A DNA stretch of 64,000 bases. Origin: Candidatus Poribacteria bacterium. Lineage in GTDB: Bacteria; Poribacteria; WGA-4E; GCA-2687025. Where the stretch lies: NCBI GenBank assembly GCA_963665845.2, contig OY762492.1, positions 2,752,001 to 2,816,000 of the forward strand, read 5' to 3'. A program made the translations under genes and the position numbers. The notes below the pieces were generated by a model that saw nothing but the letters and a program-made list of their open reading frames with translations, had not been told where the DNA came from and searched no databases. This document shows positions 28,930 through 37,820 of this stretch, in pieces (the stretch's first letter is position 1; every line of letters begins with the position of its first letter).

Positions 28930-28958
28930 AATGTACCGCGTCCGTCGGCGAATGTCAA
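28930..28958 (-). promoter_or_regulatory. Putative sigma70 promoter for the FRG-TPR gene
   Basis: TTGACA-N17-TACATT. Confidence 0.55.
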
Positions 28959-28969
28959 CCTTAAATATG

Positions 28970-29212
28970 CGAACGCGGACGGTTTCTGCGGCGCCTCTGG
29001 ATTCCCGCTTACGCGGGAATGACGGCGAGAGGATGCGGACGGGATAGCCGAACGCGGACGGTTTCTGCGGCGCCTCTGGATTCCCGCTTACGCGGGAATG
29101 ACAAGGAAGGGGCGGGAATGACGACGAGGGGGCGCGGGAATGCATGCCCTCGCGGGCATGTCCTCGCGGAAGCGGGGAAGCGGGGGACGGCGGGAAGGGC
29201 GGGGCGGGAATG
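28970..29212. repeat. Composite repeat cluster with a duplicated unit of about 52 bp
   Basis: GAACGCGGACGGTTTCTGCGGCGCCTCTGGATTCCCGCTTACGCGGGAATGAC occurs twice. Confidence 0.9.
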
Positions 29213-29280
29213 GCGATTTTGCGCGCGGCATGCAAATCTCAACCGAAACGGGTATCATGGGGCGTCTATGGAGGAGCGGA

Positions 29281-31512
29281 ATGAAAGCGAATATCGAACT
29301 CAACGGCGGCAACCTTGCGCTGCAAATCGACCCGCAGGGCAGAATCACGCAGTTGACCTATCGACCGACGAACGAAAGTCTCTTGGCGGGGGAGGCGCCG
29401 ATGCTGCAAATCGGCGTCGGCGGCGAATTTCATGCGCCTGTCAGCGCCGAAGCGGCCGAGGACGGAACCGTCCATTTCGACTTTGGCGCGACGCTGATTG
29501 CCGTTCAGGCGGACAGCAGCGAGACCCATCTGCGCCTAGAAATGGTCGGTATTCAGGGCGCGACGCCTGAAGCGGCGCAATGGGGTCCCTTCAAAACGAA
29601 CGTCCAAGGCTCCATCGGCGAGACGGTCGGCGCCGCGCGGGGAGAGGCGGTCGCCGTCGGCATACAGGCGCTTTCCATGCAAACCGCCGGCGGACACATC
29701 GGCTGCGGAACTGGACATCATGAACACGCCGCCGCCGAAACGGAACAGGGCGCCGACCTGCAGGCGTATGCGCGCGAAGCGGACGGCGGGCTGATTGGTT
29801 CCAAGATCGCGCTGTTCGCATGCCCGCGCGGCGCGGCGCTGGAAACGATCGGACAGATTGAGCTGGCGGAGGGGCTGCCGCACCCCGTTTTAGACGGTGA
29901 ATGGACGAAAACGGCGCAGCATGCGCGCGAAGCGTACATGATCGCCGGTTTTAGCGAAGTGAATCTGGATGAGCTGATCGAATACGCGCAGAGGGCGGGG
30001 CTGCGGTATCTTTACCATGGGCATCCGTTTGCGACTTGGGGCAGGTTTCAGCTCGGCGCCGGCTCCTTTCCTGACGGCGACGAGAGCCTTATCCGCTGCA
30101 GCCGGCGCGCCGCCGAGAAAGGCTTTCGGCTGGGGCTTCACACGCTGACGAACTTTATCACGACGAACGATCCGTATGTGTCGCCGACGCCCGATCCGCG
30201 CTTGAGAAACCCTGAAGGCGCGCGTCTCGCGGCGGACATCGGCGCGGAGGCGGCGGAGATTCCGGTTGACGACGCGGAGCCGTTTAAAGAAAAAGGCGCT
30301 CTCTCCGCCGTTCTAATCGGCGAAGAGATTGTTCAGTATCAGGAAATCGACGAAAGCGGCGCGCCAAAACTGGTCGGATGTCAACGCGGGGCGTTCAACA
30401 CGCAGGCGGCGGCGCATGCGTCAGGCGGGCGGGTCGGCAAGCTGATTGACCATCCCTACCGCGTCTTCTTTCCCGACCTTGAGATGCAGGATGAGATGAT
30501 CGACCGCCTCGTGGAAATCTACAACAAGGCGGATATTCGGCAGATCTCTTTTGACGGCTTGGAAGGATGCGAGCGGACTGGGCATGGCGCCTACGCGCAT
30601 CATCGGTTCGTTCAGCGGTTTTATGACGGCTGCGAGGGCGAGATCGTGAACGACGCGAGCCGCCTGCTCCATTACAACTGGCATATCCACACGCGCATGA
30701 ACTGGGGCGAGCCGTGGGGCGCCGCCATGCGCGACGGGATGCCTGAATACCGTTTTAAAAATCAAGCGTATTTTGAGCGCAACCTGTTTCCGCCGATGCT
30801 GGGATGGTTTCAGTTGCGTCTGGCGGGCGGAAATGTGCCTGCCACCTCCCGCTCCGATATGGAGTGGGTGTTGGCGAAGGCGGCTGGCTACAACGCCGGC
30901 TTTTCCATTGCAACGGGGCTGGACGCGCTGCGCGGCAACGGACAGACCGACGCCATACTGGAAGCGGTCCAGCAGTGGGAGGCGGCGCGCCATCAACATG
31001 CGTTCACCGACGAGCAGCGCGAACGGCTGCGCGATCCGAGCGTCGAGTTTCAGCTGCGCGCCGAGGAGGGCGGATGGCTCCTGCGCCCCGTCATGATCAC
31101 GCCTGCGCATACATTTGAAAAGGAGGAGCGGCAGCCGGGCGAGCCTGACCATGCAGAATGGAATGTCGAGAACCCGTATGAAGCGCAGCCCGTTCAGGCG
31201 ATGTTTCGCGCGGCGGCAGGCTCCGTCCAAAACATACGGCTGGAGATCGGTTTTCAGTCGATACAGATTCCATGCGCGCTGGAAACGGGGCAGTATCTGA
31301 TCATAGACGAAGCGGACGGCGCGCGCCTCGCCGACGCGAACTGGAACGACCTGGGAACCGCCCCGTTGAACGGCTCCTTGCCGGCGCTTGCTTCTGGGAA
31401 CAATGCGGTCCGCCTCGCCTTTGAGGGCGCCGTCTCTTCCGCGGTGGAGGCGGTCTTTACGGCGGTCGGCGCGCCCGAATCGATTCCTCAACAAGAAAAG
31501 GACCTGCGATGA
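29281..31512 (+). CDS. Large hypothetical protein, possibly glycoside-hydrolase-like
   Basis: GAGGAG RBS; about 743 aa; TIM-barrel-like pattern (GLHTLTNFI, ISFDGLEG, NWGEPW). Family not recognised with certainty. Confidence 0.62.
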   Translation: MKANIELNGGNLALQIDPQGRITQLTYRPTNESLLAGEAPMLQIGVGGEFHAPVSAEAAEDGTVHFDFGATLIAVQADSSETHLRLEMVGIQGATPEAAQWGPFKTNVQGSIGETVGAARGEAVAVGIQALSMQTAGGHIGCGTGHHEHAAAETEQGADLQAYAREADGGLIGSKIALFACPRGAALETIGQIELAEGLPHPVLDGEWTKTAQHAREAYMIAGFSEVNLDELIEYAQRAGLRYLYHGHPFATWGRFQLGAGSFPDGDESLIRCSRRAAEKGFRLGLHTLTNFITTNDPYVSPTPDPRLRNPEGARLAADIGAEAAEIPVDDAEPFKEKGALSAVLIGEEIVQYQEIDESGAPKLVGCQRGAFNTQAAAHASGGRVGKLIDHPYRVFFPDLEMQDEMIDRLVEIYNKADIRQISFDGLEGCERTGHGAYAHHRFVQRFYDGCEGEIVNDASRLLHYNWHIHTRMNWGEPWGAAMRDGMPEYRFKNQAYFERNLFPPMLGWFQLRLAGGNVPATSRSDMEWVLAKAAGYNAGFSIATGLDALRGNGQTDAILEAVQQWEAARHQHAFTDEQRERLRDPSVEFQLRAEEGGWLLRPVMITPAHTFEKEERQPGEPDHAEWNVENPYEAQPVQAMFRAAAGSVQNIRLEIGFQSIQIPCALETGQYLIIDEADGARLADANWNDLGTAPLNGSLPALASGNNAVRLAFEGAVSSAVEAVFTAVGAPESIPQQEKDLR

Positions 31513-33674
31513 TCGTCGAAACGTTGTTGACCGTTATGATGTCGGCGTCGGACGAGATCGAAAACCATACCGCCGAGCTGCTGGAGCGGGTTGAAACGAT
31601 AGAGATACCGTCGGGCGCGCTGCCCGGCCCGTTTGTGTTGACGAGCGAGCGCGCCTTTGCGGTAGCGGCGGCGCAGATCTCCGCGAATCTGTGGGAGCCG
31701 GCAGCGGCGGCCGTCTTGGCGGAAAAGGGCAGAGCCGCCGCCTTCGGACACGGCGCCTATCTGAACCCTGCTGGCGGACAGCTGTTGCTGAACGCTGTCC
31801 GATGGACGTCCAACGGACGCGGGGGGAAGGTCGCCGTCGTTCAACGGGCGCGTCGACAGGGAACGACCCCGCTCGTCCAATACTTAAAAGAGAACGGCGT
31901 TGAAACGGCGCATGCGGCGCGCGTCTCGGCGCTGAATCGCCTCAACAACTATGCGGCGCTGATTGTGGACGCGCATGAGCTGAACGACAGAGAGATCGGC
32001 GATGTCCGCGCCTATCTGGAATCGGGCGGCGGGCTTGTGACGGCAGGTCTCGCATGGGGCTGGCTTCAGCTGAACCCCGGCAAGACGGTTCATGAACACC
32101 CTGGAAACAGGCTGCTCGGCAGATACGGGCTGCATTGGGGAGACGGGTATGTGCGCCAGGCGGCAATTCAACCGGGCATGGAGCGGCTGCATGCGCTTCG
32201 CGCGTTGGAGGTTTTGAATGCGGACGGCGCTTCTCCCGACCAGATACGGCAGGCGTCATGGCTGATCGCGCGGGCGATGCGCACCGTCTCTCCCGATGAC
32301 GCCGCCTTCAATTCAAAAGTGGACAAGCTGATCGGAGAGGCGCCGACATTGCCGAAGCCGGACGCGCCGCTGAAACCGAACCAGCCGCGCGATATATTGT
32401 CCCTGACGCGCGACATGATTCATCTGGAACAGACGCCGCCGCAGCAAGTCAAGCCTCATCCCGCCGCCGAATTTTTCCCAGGCGCCGTCCCCGACGACGC
32501 GCCGACCGCTCCCCCGACGGCGATCTCGGTACGCCTAAGTCGGCATGGGTGGCGCAGTACAGGTCTTTACGCGCCGCCGGGCGCGCTCATTGAAATTGAA
32601 ACGCCGCAGGAGGCGGTCGACATCGGGCTAAAAGTCCGCATCGGCGCGCATACCGACAAGCTGTGGAACAAGCCTGAATGGAGGCGCGCCCCGCAGATTG
32701 CAACCGCTGAAGCGATCCAATCGGAGACGACCTATACGGCAAACGCTTTCGGCGGTCTCATCTATATTGACGTCCCGCGCGAACAGCCTGAAAAGACGGT
32801 TGAGGTTGTCGTCAAAAACGCCGTCCATGCGCCGTATTATGTCCTTGGCGAAACCAATCTAGACGAATGGCGCGATACGATTCGGCATTCTCCTGGGCCG
32901 TGGGCGGAGCTGGAGGCGGAGCATCTCATTTTGACGGTACCCTCCTCGGCGGTGAGAGAGCTAGAGAACCCTGACGAGACGATGCGGTTCTGGAGCCGCG
33001 TCATGGACGCATGCGTCGATCTGGCGTCCGAGCCTGCGCCGAGGAAACGCCCTGAACGGATCGTTCCCGACACGCAGATTTCGGCGGGATACATGCACGC
33101 GGGCTATCCGATCATGACGCATCTGGATGTGGCGGAGCGGTCGCTGGACCCTGCGCAGCTGATGAAAGGCAGCTGGGGGCATTACCATGAGCTTGGGCAT
33201 AACTTCCAAGCGCGCAACTGGACATTCAACGGGACGGTGGAGGTAACCTGCAACCTGTTCACGCTGTATGTGTATGAAAAGGTGTGCGGCATACCGCTGC
33301 ATGAGGCGCGCGACGTTCTGACTGAAGAGGCGATCATTGAGGCGGCGCGGCGGCATGCCGAAGAGGGCGCGCCGTTCGATGTATGGAAATCGAACCCGTT
33401 TCTCGCGCTGGCGATGTATGCGCAGATGATCGATGAATTCGGCTGGGGCGCCTTTAAAGAGGTGTTTGCGGGATACGACGCGCCCATCCGCGGCGACGAG
33501 GAACGGCGCGACGAATGGATGACCCGGTTTTCTAAAAATGTCGGGCGGAACCTCGGACCGTTCTTTGAGGCGTGGGGCGTCCCGACCTCGGAGGCGGCGC
33601 GCGAGTCGCTTCAGGATATGCCTGTTTGGCTGCCGGCGCCGTTCCAAGAAAACGCGGCAGGAGGGAACGACTGA
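31509..33674 (+). CDS. M60-family (enhancin-like) zinc metallopeptidase
   Basis: Motifs WRSTGLYAPPG, PWAELE, HELGHN (HEXXH) and EVTCN. Confidence 0.92.
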   Translation: MIVETLLTVMMSASDEIENHTAELLERVETIEIPSGALPGPFVLTSERAFAVAAAQISANLWEPAAAAVLAEKGRAAAFGHGAYLNPAGGQLLLNAVRWTSNGRGGKVAVVQRARRQGTTPLVQYLKENGVETAHAARVSALNRLNNYAALIVDAHELNDREIGDVRAYLESGGGLVTAGLAWGWLQLNPGKTVHEHPGNRLLGRYGLHWGDGYVRQAAIQPGMERLHALRALEVLNADGASPDQIRQASWLIARAMRTVSPDDAAFNSKVDKLIGEAPTLPKPDAPLKPNQPRDILSLTRDMIHLEQTPPQQVKPHPAAEFFPGAVPDDAPTAPPTAISVRLSRHGWRSTGLYAPPGALIEIETPQEAVDIGLKVRIGAHTDKLWNKPEWRRAPQIATAEAIQSETTYTANAFGGLIYIDVPREQPEKTVEVVVKNAVHAPYYVLGETNLDEWRDTIRHSPGPWAELEAEHLILTVPSSAVRELENPDETMRFWSRVMDACVDLASEPAPRKRPERIVPDTQISAGYMHAGYPIMTHLDVAERSLDPAQLMKGSWGHYHELGHNFQARNWTFNGTVEVTCNLFTLYVYEKVCGIPLHEARDVLTEEAIIEAARRHAEEGAPFDVWKSNPFLALAMYAQMIDEFGWGAFKEVFAGYDAPIRGDEERRDEWMTRFSKNVGRNLGPFFEAWGVPTSEAARESLQDMPVWLPAPFQENAAGGND

Positions 33675-34180
33675 TGCGCATGAAGACGCTGGCGCTGCTG
33701 TCGGCGCTTCTGTTCGGGTGGATGGCGGGCTGCGGCGAAGACGACGCGCCTGACCCGACAAACAATTTGCCCATCGCCCCCGATTTCACGCTTCAATCGG
33801 CGGAGGGCGAGGCGGTTTCTCTCTCTGACTATGCTGGGCATGTTGTGTTCATCAACTTCTGGGCGTCCTGGTGTCCGCCATGCCGTATCGAAATGCCGCA
33901 TCTGCAGGAGCTGTATGAGGCGTACGTCGATCAGAACTTTGTGATACTGGCGGTGTCGCTGGACGATCCGTTTGAGCCGGACGCGACCGATTTCGCGGCG
34001 GAGCTGGGGTTGACGTTTCCCATTTTAAAAGGGACGGCTGAAGTGAACCAAGCATACGGCGGCATTACGGCGATACCGACCACCTTTGTCATCAACCGCC
34101 AAGGGCGGATCGCCGAGACGCTGATTGGAGAGCAGCCGTATGAGGTTTTTGAAGCGGCGCTGCTTCGGCATATAGAATGA
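33674..34180 (+). CDS. TlpA/ResA-type thiol-disulfide oxidoreductase lipoprotein
   Basis: Lipobox MAG-C; APDFTL, NFWASWCPPC, IPTTF. Confidence 0.92.
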   Translation: MRMKTLALLSALLFGWMAGCGEDDAPDPTNNLPIAPDFTLQSAEGEAVSLSDYAGHVVFINFWASWCPPCRIEMPHLQELYEAYVDQNFVILAVSLDDPFEPDATDFAAELGLTFPILKGTAEVNQAYGGITAIPTTFVINRQGRIAETLIGEQPYEVFEAALLRHIE

Positions 34181-34191
34181 AAGGGAAACCG

Positions 34192-34752
34192 ATGCGGCTT
34201 TTCATCATCGGCGCGTTTGCCGCGCTGATTGTCTCGGCGGGCGGGTGCAGTTCGCCAATGCCCATCAACGAGCGCTTTATTCAACAGAACCCGAAGCGCC
34301 GTCCGGCGGAGAAGATGATCCAACGACTGGAGGCGGACGAATACTTTCCCGCTCCAGATTTCACGCTTGAATCGGCGGAGGGGAAGCGGGTCTGGCTTTC
34401 CGACTACGACGGGTATGTTGTGTTCGTCAACTTTTGGGCGGCATGGTGTCCGCCATGCCGCATCGATATGCGGAATCTTCAGACCTTGTATGAAAAATAC
34501 GCCGACCAAAAATTCGTTGTCCTAGCAATTTCGATGGACAAACCGTTCAGCCCTGCCGCCCCCGCCTTCGCCAAACAGCTCGGCATCACTTTTCCGATCT
34601 TGGAATCGACGAGGAGAGTGAACGAAGTGTATGGGGAATTCAACGCTGTGCCTGTTACCTTTGTCATCAACCGAGATGGGCTGGTCGTGGAGATCCTCTC
34701 CGGAACGCATCCATTAGGCGTCTTAAGAACTGCGGTTCTGCGGCTATTATGA
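34192..34752 (+). CDS. Second TlpA/ResA-type lipoprotein
   Basis: Lipobox AGG-C; NFWAAWCPPC, VPVTF. Confidence 0.9.
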   Translation: MRLFIIGAFAALIVSAGGCSSPMPINERFIQQNPKRRPAEKMIQRLEADEYFPAPDFTLESAEGKRVWLSDYDGYVVFVNFWAAWCPPCRIDMRNLQTLYEKYADQKFVVLAISMDKPFSPAAPAFAKQLGITFPILESTRRVNEVYGEFNAVPVTFVINRDGLVVEILSGTHPLGVLRTAVLRLL

Positions 34753-34771
34753 AGAAAAGAAAGGAAAACTG

Positions 34772-35029
34772 ATGCGGCTTCTCATCATCGGCGCGTTTGC
34801 CGCGCTGACATTCTCGACTATCGGGTGCGGCTCATGGACGCTGCTGGACGACAGCCTCACCTTGGAGATGCGCCCTGACGACGCCTCCATTCGCCGAAGC
34901 CTGAAACGGGACGCCGCGGGGCAGATGATACGGCGTCTAGAGGCGGTCGAATCGCAAACGGACGAGTCGCTCAACCCGAACAACCGAGCCGGCGCCAATT
35001 GCGTCGGGGGCGTATGCGTCATCTTTTAG
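34772..35029 (+). CDS. Small lipoprotein with C-terminal CVGGVC motif
   Basis: Lipobox TIG-C; 85 aa; AAGGA RBS; leader nearly identical to that of TlpA-2. Confidence 0.75.
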   Translation: MRLLIIGAFAALTFSTIGCGSWTLLDDSLTLEMRPDDASIRRSLKRDAAGQMIRRLEAVESQTDESLNPNNRAGANCVGGVCVIF

Positions 35030-36096
35030 CGGCGGCGGTTCTGACGCTCCTTGCGCCGGCGTCGGGCGCGCAGTTCGCCGCCTCGCTCCAAACGCTGCTC
35101 GAATGGAACGACCATATCGAGTTTGGAATCAGCGTCGACCCTGAAACCGTCACAGAATCCAGCTCAACGGGGCAGCTGATTGGTTTACGCGCTTCGTTGT
35201 CCGCGCCGATAGAGTATCGACGGGGAGGCGGGCGGTTTCAATGGCGCGCCGCCTTTGCGCCCTCGCTGGACGACTACGCGGGCGAAGACGGCTTTTTAGA
35301 TCAGTTTGACGCGCGCCTTTTTCCGCTGGACGCTTCGGTTGAATTTCGCCCGCGCGATTCTTTGCCGGCGCTGCGATGGCGCGCCTCGGCGCAGCGGCAG
35401 GAGCGCTCCAACGAACTCTACGACAACTGGAACGCCTCCACCGAATTGGGAATCGGAAACCTGCTCTCGTATCAGTATCGGCGGCGGCTTTACGACGACT
35501 CGGTTGAACGGGAGGATTACCTGCTCATCAGCTCCGTTCAGCATCAGCTCCAGACAGGGTTTCAGATCATCACCCGAAGAGAAGCGCGCCTCAAAGCGAC
35601 GTACGCCTTTCAACGCGAGCAATACGGAACGAACCTGCATCCGCTGCTGCGCGGCGTCGCCCTAGGCGTCAAGGAAGGGTTTCGGCGGGTCGACAGGCGG
35701 CATCAGAGCAGCCTTGAAGCGGCGGCGCTGCTTGGGCGCAGCTGGCTGCTTCGGCTGAACGCCTCGGCGATGCGCGCCGACTCGAACGCCGCTTTTTACC
35801 GCTTCACAAACGGAAGCGCCGGCGCGACGCTGTTTTGGGGAACCTCCTCAAGCCGATGGGCGCGGGCGCAAGCGGTTCACGGATGGACATGGTTTGCCGA
35901 GCGCGGCGCTCAAGAACGGCGGATTGACACGGCATGGCAGCTGAATTTGGACGGCGAATGGCCGCTTTACCGCTTCTTGTCGGCAAACGGCGCCGTCCAA
36001 CTGCGCATCAACCGCACCAACGACGGGCGCGAGGCGCTGCGCTTCCTGAACCACACGCAGCAGATCTACAGGCTCGCGCTCACAGCGAGGCGGTGA
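35014..36096 (+). CDS. Putative outer-membrane beta-barrel protein
   Basis: Signal peptide; alternating aromatic/polar strands; start overlaps the upstream gene. Confidence 0.62.
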   Translation: MRHLLAAAVLTLLAPASGAQFAASLQTLLEWNDHIEFGISVDPETVTESSSTGQLIGLRASLSAPIEYRRGGGRFQWRAAFAPSLDDYAGEDGFLDQFDARLFPLDASVEFRPRDSLPALRWRASAQRQERSNELYDNWNASTELGIGNLLSYQYRRRLYDDSVEREDYLLISSVQHQLQTGFQIITRREARLKATYAFQREQYGTNLHPLLRGVALGVKEGFRRVDRRHQSSLEAAALLGRSWLLRLNASAMRADSNAAFYRFTNGSAGATLFWGTSSSRWARAQAVHGWTWFAERGAQERRIDTAWQLNLDGEWPLYRFLSANGAVQLRINRTNDGREALRFLNHTQQIYRLALTARR

Positions 36097-36114
36097 GTTC
36101 AGACGGCTTGCCCC

Positions 36115-36312
36115 TTAGGTATGCGCATGCTTTTTAGGCATGCGCATACTGCGCATACTAAGGGGCTGCGCGGCTCGTCTATCCGTCATGTCATAGCTTG
36201 CGGGAGTAATAGAGAGCCGCGCAAGCAGGGCAAAAAGGACCGGACGCTCTATGAACAGATGCCGTATTCTGTTGCAGAATACGAGTAGGGAGATCCTGTC
36301 CATCTTGCCCAT
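36115..36312 (-). CDS. Small 65-aa ORF (or structured RNA) with its own promoter
   Basis: AGGAG RBS; TTGACA-N17-TAGGCT promoter at 36366-36338; 3' end lies in a long inverted repeat. Confidence 0.45.
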   Translation of the reverse strand: MGKMDRISLLVFCNRIRHLFIERPVLFALLARLSITPASYDMTDRRAAQPLSMRSMRMPKKHAHT

Positions 36313-36378
36313 GTTCTCCTGAAAGAAGAACGACATAAGCCTAACACAGACGGATGGAGCTGTCAACTTTAGATTTCT

Positions 36379-36566
36379 CTGACCTCACGCTGAAAGTTGG
36401 GAGATTTGAACTGACGACCGCTCTATTCATGGGAAAAAGCGCCGCCAACCAAACCGTCCCCCGCTTCCGCGAGGACATGCATTCCCGCGTAAGCGGGAAT
36501 CCAGAGGCGTTCCAGAATCGTCAGCGTTCGCCAGGCGGAATGTCCTAACTTAAGACGTGAGGTCAG
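36379..36566. mobile_element. MITE-like element with terminal inverted repeats of about 26 bp
   Basis: CTGACCTCACGCTGAAAGTTGGGAGA ... TGTCCTAACTTAAGACGTGAGGTCAG; internal ATTCCC-N8-GGGAAT at 36481. Confidence 0.75.
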
Positions 36567-36573
36567 CAGACCT

Positions 36574-36750
36574 CCGACCTCATGCTGAAAGTCGGGCATC
36601 ATGTCGAAAGACTGCGATGAACTGCGGAAAATCTGCCGCATAACTCGCCGTCATTCCCGCGCAAGCGGGAATCTAGAGGCGCCGCAGAAACCGTCCGCCT
36701 TTGCGATAAGACGTCATGCCGACATGTCCCAACTAAAGCCGCAAGGTCAG
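36574..36750. mobile_element. Second, tandem MITE-like element
   Basis: CCGACCTCATGCTGAAAGTCGGGCA ... TGTCCCAACTAAAGCCGCAAGGTCAG; internal palindrome at 36653. Confidence 0.68.
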
Positions 36751-36760
36751 ATACCGCTCA

Positions 36761-36790
36761 TTGACATCAACCAGCGCCAGCATATATAAT
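36761..36790 (+). promoter_or_regulatory. Consensus sigma70 promoter
   Basis: TTGACA-N18-TATAAT upstream of the second TPR-antitoxin gene. Confidence 0.7.
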
Positions 36791-36821
36791 GTATGCAGTA
36801 AAGAAAAGAAAGGACGCGCGC

Positions 36822-37625
36822 ATGCTTGATCTTAGGACGTCAGAAGACGGTCGGCTGTCGATTCATTTCGGCAATTTTGCCGAGAGCGTCCGGAAGATTG
36901 GCGAGGCGGCGGATTCGCTTGCCGTTCATTTGGACTCTTCCGTCGACACGAAGGAGGAGCTGCGCGCGGCGATGTTAAGCGTAAGTGAAACGTTTCGCGC
37001 AGCCATGGAAAACATTGCCGATATTCGTATGTGCTGCCGATTGCTTAAAAAGGCGCATGAACATTACAGCGAAGCGATTCGTTTGACAGCGAAGGCTGAC
37101 CTGGGGGAGGCTGCGCATGCCGCGCCGGCGAATCTCTACCATTGCCGCGGCATTGTCGCTTTGATCCTGTACTGGTTGAAGGGGGATATTACGGACGCTC
37201 TTAACTCCGCAACTTCGGATTTCGCCAAATCGGTTGAATTGAATCCCGCGGCTGAAACATACACGCGCTTGGCGGAGGCGCATGTCGAAGCGGGCGACCT
37301 GGACGACGCTATGGAGAACGTTGAGAAAGCGATCCGCCTTGACATCGATTACGCCGAGGCGTACCTCTTGAAAGGACTCATCCACCGAGCAAGAGGCGAA
37401 GAGGACGACGCGCACGAAGAGATCTTTGAGGCGATTTCTCTCAACCCCGATCTTTACAGAGAAGAGTTTGAACCGATCATGGAAGCAGAGAGAGAATCGG
37501 AAGCGGTCTGGGACGAGTTGTTCAGCCGGCCCGAATCGCAGGAGCTTCTGAAAAAATGGGGCGAAGAAGCGTTGGAGGCGCATGACGCCGGCAAAACGAA
37601 GCCGATCGTCTTCAAGGACTCGTAA
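36822..37625 (+). CDS. TPR protein with C-terminal antitoxin-like tail; paralog of 22235..23044
   Basis: Shares AKS.ELNP.AETY.RL.EAH...LYREEFEP.M with the paralog; tail ESEAVWDELFSRPESQELLKKWGEEALEAHDAGKT. Confidence 0.8.
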   Translation: MLDLRTSEDGRLSIHFGNFAESVRKIGEAADSLAVHLDSSVDTKEELRAAMLSVSETFRAAMENIADIRMCCRLLKKAHEHYSEAIRLTAKADLGEAAHAAPANLYHCRGIVALILYWLKGDITDALNSATSDFAKSVELNPAAETYTRLAEAHVEAGDLDDAMENVEKAIRLDIDYAEAYLLKGLIHRARGEEDDAHEEIFEAISLNPDLYREEFEPIMEAERESEAVWDELFSRPESQELLKKWGEEALEAHDAGKTKPIVFKDS

Positions 37626-37665
37626 ATACGACAAGCAAATCCTCAAGTATAAGCGGTCAAGATAA
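37621..37665 (+). pseudogene. Probable C-terminal remnant of a deleted RelE/ParE toxin gene
   Basis: Reads RKYDKQILKYKRSR-stop, against the intact toxin end DPYEKEIRKWNRSL-stop. Confidence 0.55.
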
Positions 37666-37820
37666 CGCTTCCGCTTTGCGCGGCAGCCCGCTGATTCAGA
37701 TCGTCCGCCGGAATGTCCCAACCAAAGAAAAGACGCTTGGTCAGAATCAAAATCCTGACCAAGCGTACAATCCTGCGCTATTATTCAAAATGAACGCGCC
37801 CCGCGAGCGAAAGGATATGT

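Noticed and set aside
28888-29280. N-terminal extensions of the FRG-TPR and 29140 ORFs given in the track
   Set aside because: The extensions run through repeat DNA; better starts with an RBS or promoter lie at 28887 and 29281.
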